DNA of 48,579 bases, taken from positions 1 to 48,579 of the forward strand of contig JAOZPK010000001.1 of the NCBI GenBank assembly GCA_029932755.1, in the 5' to 3' direction. The notes beneath the pieces are model-generated. The model worked only from the letters and a program-made list of their open reading frames with translations. It was not told the origin of the DNA and searched no databases. The DNA comes from Candidatus Cloacimonadota bacterium. GTDB taxonomy: Bacteria; Cloacimonadota; Cloacimonadia; Cloacimonadales; TCS61. Below are positions 40,715 to 48,579 of this stretch, piece after piece (the first letter of the stretch is position 1; each line of letters starts with the position of its first letter). The translations under genes were made by a program, and so were the position numbers.

Positions 40715-43495
40715 TTGAAAAAGAATATCCTGATTATTTTTATTCTCTATACAACAGTATTATTTAGTGTTAGTATTTATGATATTCAATATACTACAAA
40801 CCCGGGAGGGAATGGAACATATCCATCACCATACGCAGGACAAATTGTAACAACAGGCGGTATTGTGGGTGGAACCGATTTTAATAACGGAAGATTTTTT
40901 ATCACATCTTCGTGGGGAGGTGATTGGCAAGGAATTTACGTTTATGATAATAACCAGAATGTAGCAGTTGGTGATAGCGTTATCATTGAAGCGGAAGTTT
41001 ATGAATATTGGGGATTCACTGAACTTAGCAATTTAATTTCCTGTGAAATAATCTCCTCAGGGAATTCTCTTCCGGCATATCTTGTTACTTCAATTTCCAA
41101 TGCAATAAACGAAGTTAGAGAAAGCACACGAGTAGGTATTAGCCCTTATGATTTATCGATTACACAAACTTACGACGAATGGGGGCAATGGAAAGTTGCT
41201 GATGGAAGCGGAGAATGTACCATTAGTACCGGATTTATGAACATGCAGGAAATGGGCATCCCGCTTGTAGTGGGCTATCCTTTGTATATCGGTGGATTTG
41301 TTACATATTTTTGGGAAGAATTTCAGCTCAATCCAATTAGTTTGTATTCCATTTCAACAGCCCCTGAGAATCATATCATTTCAATTCAAGAACAATTATT
41401 GTTCTCTCCAGAAGAATTTGAAATTCCGATATACCATACAGTTTTCAATAATGGGCAAGTTCAATCATATCAATTTGAGTTACAATATAATTCAGAAGTG
41501 GTCGAATATGTAGGTTATGAAACATTGGGAACGCTTTCGGTAAATGGAACAATTGAAATTGAACAGGTGGGAAATGGAACAATTTCTCTTTCATATAATG
41601 GAGATTTTTCTTTTGAAAATATGGAAATTCTTCTTAAATTGAATTTTTCCGGACTAGAAACCGGTAGTGCGGATTTGGAGTTTTCAGAATTTGTAATCAA
41701 TGATAATTCAGTGGAATATTTTTCTATTGAGGATATAATTTTGCAATTGGAAACTATCCCGATCGGTGATACTCTAACTGTTATTCAAAGACCAATTATG
41801 AATATTCCCCAGATAACTATCCCAAATGAAGAATTTAACATTGTATGTCTGGCGGACGAATCAACTACAGGTTGGACAGCAGAATTGATACATTACAATA
41901 AGCTTATCCCTCTGAATATTTCAAATACTTTTTACGACCCTGATCTGGAAAGATGGATATTAACAGTTACTGCTCCCATTCCCGACATTTATGAACTCTA
42001 CGATCTGATCATTAGTGCCAACGGAATTATTACAGATACAACCAGAAATGCTGTTCATCTTATACCGGAAAGAAAAACAAATTATTCCTTTATCCATATA
42101 ACAGACTCCCATCTTCCAACCCATATCTTTTATCCCGATCCCGCCTCTTTAACCGATTCAACAGAGGTGGAAGACCTGCGTCAAGTGATCAATGATATCA
42201 ATCTGATCAATCCGGAATTTGTTCTGTTTACAGGTGATATAGTAAATGAAGGTGAGATGGAAGAGTTTGAGAATCGACGGGTTTATACTAAAGCCCAAAA
42301 ACTGCTGGAGGAGTTGAAGGTTCCCTTCTATTTAACTTCGGGAAATCATGATCTCGGTGGTTGGATCAGTTCTCCCCCTTCGCAAGGGACAGCCAGACGT
42401 AACTGGTGGAACTTCTTCGGCTGGAACTGGCTGCAGGATCCACCTCCCGCCGATCCTTATTATACTCAGAATTATAGTTTCGATTACGGGCCAGTTCACT
42501 TTATCGGCATGGAAGCTTATCTGAATTACGACAGTTATATGTTCAATATTTATGGTGATGAGAGCTTTACCGATTTGCAGATGCAATGGCTTGAGGATGA
42601 TCTTAGCATGGCTTCAGCAAGCGAATCGCAAGTAATGTTCTACCATTACGATTTTTCTGAGCAGATAGATCTGGATGAGCTGGAGATAGAGATGGTTCTT
42701 TGGGGTCATATCCATTCCAACTCCGGGAATATAAACACTACTCCCTACAATCTTGCCACAGCTGCAACCTGTGATGGAAATCGTGCATACAGGATAATAA
42801 ATGTTATTAATGGCACCTTAGAACCCACTAATACGATCTATGCAGGTTGGGATGGAGAAGAACTCAGTGCAACTTTTTCACCCGATAACAATGGCTTAGT
42901 AGATAGCGTATTCTGCTATATTGAGAATTCTCAAAATCTAAGCTTTTCTGAGGCACAACTTAAATTTATTATGCCTGCCAATGCTGAAGAATATCTAGTT
43001 TATAATGGAACTCTAGCTCAAATTGATGATTCTGGTGAATTTGCGGTTTGTTATGTTTCAGTGGATATCCCGGCAAATGGAAATGTCGCTGTTTCGGTAG
43101 TAGCCGATTTTAATTCTTCAACAGAAAATATAATTGTTCCTCAAGATTTTCAGCTAACTAATTACCCCAATCCTTTCAATCCTTCTACAACAATTTCTTT
43201 TTCAGTAACCGCAAAGGACGTTAAGAACACAAAGCTGACAATTTATAATTTAAAAGGACAAAAAGTGAAAGATCTAAATGTCACCCTGAGCGGAGTCGAA
43301 GGGACAGTTAATAATTATCTTCAAGCTCCCAGTCCTTCGTCTACGCTCAGGATGACACAAGCTGGGAGTAATAAATATTCTGTTATTTGGAATGGAACAG
43401 ATGATAACGGAATACATGTTTCATCCGGAATCTATTTTATTAAATTGAAAAATGGAGATCAGGAAAGTTCAAAAAAGATAATGTTATTGAAGTAA
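40715..43495 (+). CDS. secreted calcineurin-like metallophosphoesterase with cohesin-like module and T9SS C-terminal sorting domain
   Basis: TTG start 5 nt after AAGGAG, and a signal peptide. Phosphoesterase motifs are HITDSH, GDIVNEG, GNHD and WGHIHSN. C-terminal NYPNPFNPSTTISF...GIYFIKLK...KKIMLLK tail. Confidence 0.85.
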   Translation: MKKNILIIFILYTTVLFSVSIYDIQYTTNPGGNGTYPSPYAGQIVTTGGIVGGTDFNNGRFFITSSWGGDWQGIYVYDNNQNVAVGDSVIIEAEVYEYWGFTELSNLISCEIISSGNSLPAYLVTSISNAINEVRESTRVGISPYDLSITQTYDEWGQWKVADGSGECTISTGFMNMQEMGIPLVVGYPLYIGGFVTYFWEEFQLNPISLYSISTAPENHIISIQEQLLFSPEEFEIPIYHTVFNNGQVQSYQFELQYNSEVVEYVGYETLGTLSVNGTIEIEQVGNGTISLSYNGDFSFENMEILLKLNFSGLETGSADLEFSEFVINDNSVEYFSIEDIILQLETIPIGDTLTVIQRPIMNIPQITIPNEEFNIVCLADESTTGWTAELIHYNKLIPLNISNTFYDPDLERWILTVTAPIPDIYELYDLIISANGIITDTTRNAVHLIPERKTNYSFIHITDSHLPTHIFYPDPASLTDSTEVEDLRQVINDINLINPEFVLFTGDIVNEGEMEEFENRRVYTKAQKLLEELKVPFYLTSGNHDLGGWISSPPSQGTARRNWWNFFGWNWLQDPPPADPYYTQNYSFDYGPVHFIGMEAYLNYDSYMFNIYGDESFTDLQMQWLEDDLSMASASESQVMFYHYDFSEQIDLDELEIEMVLWGHIHSNSGNINTTPYNLATAATCDGNRAYRIINVINGTLEPTNTIYAGWDGEELSATFSPDNNGLVDSVFCYIENSQNLSFSEAQLKFIMPANAEEYLVYNGTLAQIDDSGEFAVCYVSVDIPANGNVAVSVVADFNSSTENIIVPQDFQLTNYPNPFNPSTTISFSVTAKDVKNTKLTIYNLKGQKVKDLNVTLSGVEGTVNNYLQAPSPSSTLRMTQAGSNKYSVIWNGTDDNGIHVSSGIYFIKLKNGDQESSKKIMLLK
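43280..43357. repeat. 78-nt palindromic (MITE/RPE-like) element inserted in frame in the T9SS sorting domain
   Basis: The arms 43280-43303 (GTCACCCTGAGCGGAGTCGAAGGG) and 43333-43356 (TCCTTCGTCTACGCTCAGGATGAC) pair at 20 of 24 positions around a 29-nt loop. The element encodes 26 extra residues that are absent from the paralogous sorting domain at 36037-37236. Confidence 0.6.
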
Positions 43496-43514
43496 ATTTA
43501 GAATATTTTCTTGC

Positions 43515-43542
43515 TTGACACTCAAGAAGAAACATTTAAAGT
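43515..43542 (+). promoter_or_regulatory. candidate promoter of the AAA/DUF4143 ATPase gene
   Basis: TTGACA at 43515-43520 and TAAAGT at 43537-43542 (16-nt spacer). Confidence 0.3.
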
Positions 43543-43550
43543 TGGGAACG

Positions 43551-43614
43551 TGTTCCTGAAATTATATATAAATACAGGATTATGTTCCCGTAATTATATA
43601 TAGATACGGGATTA
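43551..43614 (+). repeat. two tandem 32-nt units, each an AT-rich-loop hairpin, directly upstream of the ATPase RBS
   Basis: Units 43551-43582 and 43583-43614 are identical at 28 of 32 positions. Two of the four differences are compensatory within the stem (CCTG...CAGG versus CCCG...CGGG). Confidence 0.75.
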
Positions 43615-43625
43615 GGGAGAGTGTT

Positions 43626-44756
43626 ATGATTAAACGAGAAATCTCAAAACAGATTGAAAAACGTCTTTTTAAAGGCAAGGCTATCATTCTGATCGGAGCC
43701 CGGCAAGTAGGAAAAACAACCTTGATCAATGAATTGCTTAAAAATATTCCTGAAAAGAAGCTTTTCATCAATGGTGATGAAGCAGATTCCTTTTTCTGGG
43801 CACAAAAGCCAACAACAATTAAGCTGAAGACTTTGATCGGAGATCATAAAATTGTTTTCATCGATGAAGCACAACATATTCCTAATATCGGCATCATCAT
43901 GAAACTTATAATAGATAACATTGCAGATGTGCAGGTGATTGCTACCGGTTCATCTGCTTTGGAAATTAAGAATTTGATGAATGAACCGCTAACTGGTCGA
44001 AAATATGAATTTCACCTTTTTCCTATTAGTTTTACTGAAATAGTGAATCATACAGACATCCTAGAAGAAACAAAAACATTACACCAACGTTTGATTTATG
44101 GTTCTTATCCTGAAATAATCACCCATCCCAAAGATAATAAAAAGTTATTAAATATGTTGGCTGGCAGCTACTTATACAAAGATATTCTAGCATTAGATGC
44201 TATTCGAAAACCCGAAATACTTAAAAATCTCGTTCGTGCTTTAGCCTATCAAATTGGAAATGAAGTTAATTATCAAGAACTCAGCCAACTGGTGAAATCC
44301 GATGCAAAAACCGTGCAAAATTACGTTGATCTCCTGGAAAAAACATATGTGATCTTCAGATTGCCAGCCTTTAGCAAAAATTTGCGAAATGAGATAAAGA
44401 GAGGACGTAAGATCTATTTTTATGATAATGGAATTCGTAATGCCTTGCTGGGAAATCTTACAGATATTGAGTTGCGTACTGATAAAGGTGCTTTATGGGA
44501 AAATTATCTAATTTCTGAACGTAAGAAATTGTTGAATTACCAGGATCGTTATGTTCAAAGTTATTTCTGGCGTACATTTCAGCAAAGTGAAATCGATTAT
44601 ATTGAAAAGGAAAATGAAGATATTTCAGCTTTTGAATTTAAATGGAATCCGCAGGCAAAATGGAAAATGTCAAAACCGTTTAAAGAAAGTTATCATCCTA
44701 AAGAGATGAAGATCATTCATCCCCATAATTATTATGAATTCTTGGGAGTTGAATAA
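43626..44756 (+). CDS. AAA-family ATPase with C-terminal DUF4143 domain
   Basis: Walker A GARQVGKTT and Walker B IVFIDEAQ. The C-terminal segment EIDYIEKE...AFEFKW is typical of the AAA_14/DUF4143 architecture. Confidence 0.85.
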   Translation: MIKREISKQIEKRLFKGKAIILIGARQVGKTTLINELLKNIPEKKLFINGDEADSFFWAQKPTTIKLKTLIGDHKIVFIDEAQHIPNIGIIMKLIIDNIADVQVIATGSSALEIKNLMNEPLTGRKYEFHLFPISFTEIVNHTDILEETKTLHQRLIYGSYPEIITHPKDNKKLLNMLAGSYLYKDILALDAIRKPEILKNLVRALAYQIGNEVNYQELSQLVKSDAKTVQNYVDLLEKTYVIFRLPAFSKNLRNEIKRGRKIYFYDNGIRNALLGNLTDIELRTDKGALWENYLISERKKLLNYQDRYVQSYFWRTFQQSEIDYIEKENEDISAFEFKWNPQAKWKMSKPFKESYHPKEMKIIHPHNYYEFLGVE

Positions 44757-44769
44757 AAGGAGACTTTTT

Positions 44770-45342
44770 ATGAACCGATGTCCTTGGGGAACAGCCGATG
44801 AATTATATATCCGTTATCACGATGATGAATGGGGAGTACCCGTTTACGATGATAAAAAGCAGTTTGAATTTCTTGTATTGGAATCTACCCAAGCCGGGCT
44901 CAGTTGGCACACGATCCTCAAGAAACGAGAGAACTATCGTGCTGCCTATGATGAATTTAATGTACAAAAAGTAGCAAAATATGATGGGCAGAAAATTGAA
45001 GAATTGATGCAGAATGCCGGTATCATCCGCAATCGTCGAAAGATTGAAGCTTCGGTTAATAATGCTAAGTTATTTCTGGATATCCAAAAAGAATTCGGTA
45101 GTTTTTGTAACTATTTATGGGGATTTGTAAATGGAAAACCACTTGTAAACAATTGGACTGAAATATCGCAAATCCCAGCTAAAACCGAATTATCTGATCG
45201 CCTCAGTAAAGACATGAAAGAACGCGGCTTTAAATTCTTAGGATCAATTATTCTCTATTCACATATGCAGGCAACCGGACTGGTAAATGATCATCTGAAA
45301 AGCTGTTTCCGCTGGAAAGAGTGCCAGGAAATTTCGATATAA
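44770..45342 (+). CDS. tag: DNA-3-methyladenine glycosylase I
   Basis: The ATG at 44770 lies 8 nt after AAAGGAG and is preferred over the ORF-track start at 44734, which overlaps the previous gene. Carries RCPWG...YHDDEWGVP...LESTQAGLSW Tag motifs. Confidence 0.88.
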   Translation: MNRCPWGTADELYIRYHDDEWGVPVYDDKKQFEFLVLESTQAGLSWHTILKKRENYRAAYDEFNVQKVAKYDGQKIEELMQNAGIIRNRRKIEASVNNAKLFLDIQKEFGSFCNYLWGFVNGKPLVNNWTEISQIPAKTELSDRLSKDMKERGFKFLGSIILYSHMQATGLVNDHLKSCFRWKECQEISI

Positions 45343-45369
45343 AAAGTAAAATCTTTCTGGAGTAATAAT

Positions 45370-48300
45370 ATGAAACGAATAATTAAGCTAATATTAATAG
45401 TGATAATATCTTTTATTTTATTTATGTCTATTTTCATTATAGTTGAAAGGATTTTGTATCGTAAAGAAGAAAATAGGAGAATACTATCTGCTACTAATAG
45501 TATCAATCAATCAAAATTAAAAGAATTTAGATTCAAACCAAATAGAAAAAAGAAACTTACTGAGCATGTTTTGCCTATCAATAAAAATAAGCATAATAAA
45601 GAAAAAATTAAAAAACTACAAGAAGTATCTGCAAGAATTAAAAATGAAAATATTATTTTCGAGAAGATAGCTAGTGATAGCCTGAAGAAAGCTAGAGAGA
45701 AATATAATAAACTACCCAAAAATAAACAAAAGGTATTAAGAGATAAATTAACAGAAGCTGCAAAAGCAAATGATCTTTTAACTGTAAAAAAATTGGTTCA
45801 TCAAGGGGTATTGATCTCAGATATATCTTTTAGAAATGGAAATTGGAGTGGATATGAGAATTTCACACCAATAATCCAAGCTACTGTTGAAGGAAATTTA
45901 GAGATACTAGAGTATCTTTTGAAATATAGAGAATTTGATCTCCAAAACAGCAAAATATTCCTCAAATCACAAGCTGATCCGGAATTAACTTCTGGCTTAG
46001 TAGAAGCATTAAGAAATGATCATCCTAAAATTGCAATTTTCTTGATGAAATCAGGAGCATCACATGCAAGTTTGCCACAGGGATGTATCATTAGTTTTGA
46101 GTATACACCCATGTATATAGCTATAAATAAAGAGTATACTAAAGTTGTTGAATATCTTATAATGAGTGGGATTAAAGTTGATGAGATGCATCTACAAAAA
46201 GCTATAGAAACCAAAAACAGTGAGATTGAAAATATAATTAGAACCAATCTTGCCAAAGAAAATAACTATGATTACCTTATTGCAAAAAACATTGTAATGA
46301 AAGGTCAAGATTCAAAATTGAGTGTTTTAGACTCTCTTTTCACAGCAGGATTAGATATAAATTTTGCTGGTGGTTGTCTTTTACGGTTAGCTTGTAAACA
46401 CAATCAATTCGAAATGGCTAAATTTCTATTAGAAAGAAAAGCTGATCCAAATCAATATTATGTTGTGGATAAAAAAAATAGATGGAGACAATCCTTTAAT
46501 AGTTGTGATATGAGGTCAAACATTACGGCATTGATGCTTGCTTGCAAAAATATAAATTATCAGATCGTGGATTTACTAATCAAAAATAATGCTGATATAA
46601 ATGCTGCTGATTCTAAAGGCAGAAATTCTTTTTATTACTTATTTGATCATGAACGACATCATAAATATCCTCAAGATTGTACAGTTAGCAAAGTAATTAA
46701 ACTCCGAAAAAGTATTTTTAAATTGCTCTGTGATAATGGGATTTCCAAAAAAGATGCTTTTCACTATATCCCTATAAGTTATGGTAAAAATAGTAATCAA
46801 TATATTGTTGACCTTGTTGAACTTCTAATAGATGAAGGCATCGAAATAAACTATCTAAATGAAGATCATAATATCTCTTTGCCAAAACACTTCCTGCAAA
46901 GACTCATGATATATGGAGATTTTGAAATTTTTGACCATTTGATAGAGAAGAATATCGACCTAAGTATTACTGATTATGAAGAGAAAACACTTTTAATGTA
47001 CCCACTCATTAAAGAAAGGTCAGACATACTTTTCAAGAAATTAATTGATTATGGTTTAGACATTCACGCAGAAGATAGAAGCGGTAATAATGTCTTATTT
47101 TATCTGCTTAAATCAAGAAAAGAAAGACTAATCGGTACAGTCAAATTATTAATAGATAGGAATATCGATTGCAGTCATAAAAATATTTTTGGAAGAAACC
47201 CATTAATGCAAAAGCTTAATTATAGCCAAGAGATGGAGGAGGTTATAAAGCTGATAATCCAAAATGGTGCAGATGTAAATGCGCAAGATAAACGTGGTAA
47301 GACAGCTCTATTATATAATTTGCAATCTCCAGAAATTTGCAGTTTACTCATTGGGTATGGAGCAGATCTAAACATTAAAGATACACGTGGGAATTCATTA
47401 ATTTCTCAATTGATCAGAAAAAGTTCAGTTGAAGCTATTACCCTATTTTTAGAGAATGGATTAGATATTAATAAACAAGACAGAAACGGAAAAACACCAC
47501 TGTTTTATGTAATTCATCACATGAGTGATGATAAACTTAATCTTCTAATCCAAAAAGGAGCAAAAACCGACATTGCAGATATAAACGGACAAACACCCTT
47601 GATGAAAGCAGTAAATACTAATATTGAAATAGTCAAAACACTTATAGAGAACGGTGCAGATATTAATGCAAAAGATAATCATGGAACTTCTGTATTAATG
47701 TATGCAGCGACTTTAGGTAAGCTTGAGATTAGAGATAAAATGATAATGTTCTTAATTAATAGTGGTGCAAATATTCAAGCGAAAAATAATGAAGGAAATA
47801 CAGCTTTTGATTTTTATATTAATCTAGTAAATTATGACAATCTTATATTTAGAGGCTTAGGAAAGGATTACATAATTTTGCATTCTAATGAAGGTGGAAA
47901 GGATCTAGAAATATTGAAACTACTATATCAAGAAAACAGCAATTTCAACACCAAAGATATTTATGGAAATTCTTTAATGCACAATTGTATTTACGAGAAT
48001 TATGATAATGAATTGATTAATTATTTTATTGAAAATGGAGCAAAGGTAAATATTAAAAATGATGCTGGTAACACTCCTTTTCTTCTGTGCACAATTGCTA
48101 AAAATTGGGAAAAAGCAGAATTAATGTTAAATAATGGGGCAGAACCTAATATTACTAACAATAAGAAAGAATCTGCTTTAGATTTATTATTGATAGATAT
48201 TATGAACAAAATAGAGATTGAAAAGTATTTGCAGAACCAAAATATGGATAATGAACTATTCGCTGCTTTTGCTAAGCACCAAATGAGTATTAATTTCATA

Positions 48301-48429
48301 AAATCATTTCTGCAATATATAAAGAGAACAAATCAAAAATTAGATGATACACATAAAACAGAAAAAATATTAAAGACAAAAGGTTATGATTCATTAAATG
48401 AGCTGCTGAATATGAGCATAACAGAATAA
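45370..48429 (+). CDS. membrane-anchored ankyrin-repeat protein (about 20 ANK repeats)
   Basis: N-terminal TM helix (LILIVIISFILFMSIFIIV), then a Lys-rich linker, then repeated G.TPLM.A......(I/V)V..L(I/L)..GA(D/N)(I/V)N units along about 850 aa. Confidence 0.85.
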   Translation: MKRIIKLILIVIISFILFMSIFIIVERILYRKEENRRILSATNSINQSKLKEFRFKPNRKKKLTEHVLPINKNKHNKEKIKKLQEVSARIKNENIIFEKIASDSLKKAREKYNKLPKNKQKVLRDKLTEAAKANDLLTVKKLVHQGVLISDISFRNGNWSGYENFTPIIQATVEGNLEILEYLLKYREFDLQNSKIFLKSQADPELTSGLVEALRNDHPKIAIFLMKSGASHASLPQGCIISFEYTPMYIAINKEYTKVVEYLIMSGIKVDEMHLQKAIETKNSEIENIIRTNLAKENNYDYLIAKNIVMKGQDSKLSVLDSLFTAGLDINFAGGCLLRLACKHNQFEMAKFLLERKADPNQYYVVDKKNRWRQSFNSCDMRSNITALMLACKNINYQIVDLLIKNNADINAADSKGRNSFYYLFDHERHHKYPQDCTVSKVIKLRKSIFKLLCDNGISKKDAFHYIPISYGKNSNQYIVDLVELLIDEGIEINYLNEDHNISLPKHFLQRLMIYGDFEIFDHLIEKNIDLSITDYEEKTLLMYPLIKERSDILFKKLIDYGLDIHAEDRSGNNVLFYLLKSRKERLIGTVKLLIDRNIDCSHKNIFGRNPLMQKLNYSQEMEEVIKLIIQNGADVNAQDKRGKTALLYNLQSPEICSLLIGYGADLNIKDTRGNSLISQLIRKSSVEAITLFLENGLDINKQDRNGKTPLFYVIHHMSDDKLNLLIQKGAKTDIADINGQTPLMKAVNTNIEIVKTLIENGADINAKDNHGTSVLMYAATLGKLEIRDKMIMFLINSGANIQAKNNEGNTAFDFYINLVNYDNLIFRGLGKDYIILHSNEGGKDLEILKLLYQENSNFNTKDIYGNSLMHNCIYENYDNELINYFIENGAKVNIKNDAGNTPFLLCTIAKNWEKAELMLNNGAEPNITNNKKESALDLLLIDIMNKIEIEKYLQNQNMDNELFAAFAKHQMSINFIKSFLQYIKRTNQKLDDTHKTEKILKTKGYDSLNELLNMSITE

Positions 48430-48464
48430 TTGATAGAATTATTAAAATACGAGGAGGAACAAAA

Positions 48465-48579
48465 GTGGACTTTTTAAAACTGGCAATGGATACGGCAAAA
48501 TCATTAGGAGCAGATTATGCTGATATCCGTATTCAAAGATCGAGTACCGAAATGATCTATCTGCGTAACTTGAGTTTGA
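48465..48579 (+). CDS. TldD/PmbA-family metalloprotease, 5' fragment (continues beyond window)
   Basis: GTG start 7 nt after GAGGAGG. The N-terminus ...AKSLGADYADIRIQRSSTEMIYLRN resembles TldD/PmbA N-termini. Only 38 codons are visible. Confidence 0.5.
   Translation, partial: MDFLKLAMDTAKSLGADYADIRIQRSSTEMIYLRNLSL

Noticed and set aside
43551-43614. Possible CRISPR array or CRISPR remnant (32-nt repeats).
   Set aside because: There are only two copies, they are directly abutting with no spacers, and no cas genes are nearby. They are treated as a tandem regulatory or structural repeat instead.

Overview
48.6-kb low-GC bacterial window. T9SS-type C-terminal sorting tails and strong AGGAG ribosome-binding sites suggest an anaerobic FCB-group-affiliated lineage, possibly Cloacimonadota-like, but this is only a taxonomic guess. 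The window has three parts. (i) 256-26351 is a ~26-kb, 21-gene catabolic island, entirely on the plus strand and tightly packed. Gene order is: GntR/FadR regulator; a split ADP-forming acyl-CoA synthetase flanking indolepyruvate:ferredoxin oxidoreductase (acdA-iorA-iorB-acdB); ATP-dependent hydantoinase/oxoprolinase HyuA/HyuB; an opine-dehydrogenase-family enzyme; an atypical OTC/ATC-family transcarbamylase; a five-gene Dpp/Opp-type ABC importer; a three-subunit xanthine-dehydrogenase-family molybdoenzyme; an ATZ/TRZ-SsnA-like amidohydrolase; two paralogous PreA/DHODH-like Fe-S flavoenzymes; an NCS2 nucleobase permease; and a strong terminator. I read this as a candidate undescribed anaerobic N-heterocycle/ureide fermentation system. 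It is analogous in logic to the E. coli ygeW-xdh-ssnA purine locus but built from different parts. (ii) 26.3-33.1 kb is a visibly more AT-rich accessory islet. It holds a Fic gene whose catalytic His is replaced by Gln, sitting between a decayed ~460-bp duplicate of the 5' end of a MurG-like glycosyltransferase gene and the intact gene. It also holds an AbiEi/AbiEii type IV toxin-antitoxin pair, a secreted hypothetical protein translationally coupled to a Nudix hydrolase, and a DUF4143-ATPase remnant. (iii) 33.1-48.6 kb carries envelope and housekeeping genes: a P-type ATPase with an unusual PQALP TM4 motif, two T9SS cargo proteins, a DUF3078-like outer-membrane protein, MscS, an OmpA protein with TSP3 repeats, an AAA/DUF4143 ATPase preceded by a tandem 32-nt hairpin repeat, Tag glycosylase, a 1019-aa membrane-anchored ankyrin-repeat protein, and the start of a TldD/PmbA-like gene. 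One T9SS cargo protein carries an in-frame palindromic element inside its sorting domain. I recognised no rRNA, tRNA, CRISPR array, transposase or integrase. All functional calls rest on motif and architecture recognition by eye, since no searches could be run.
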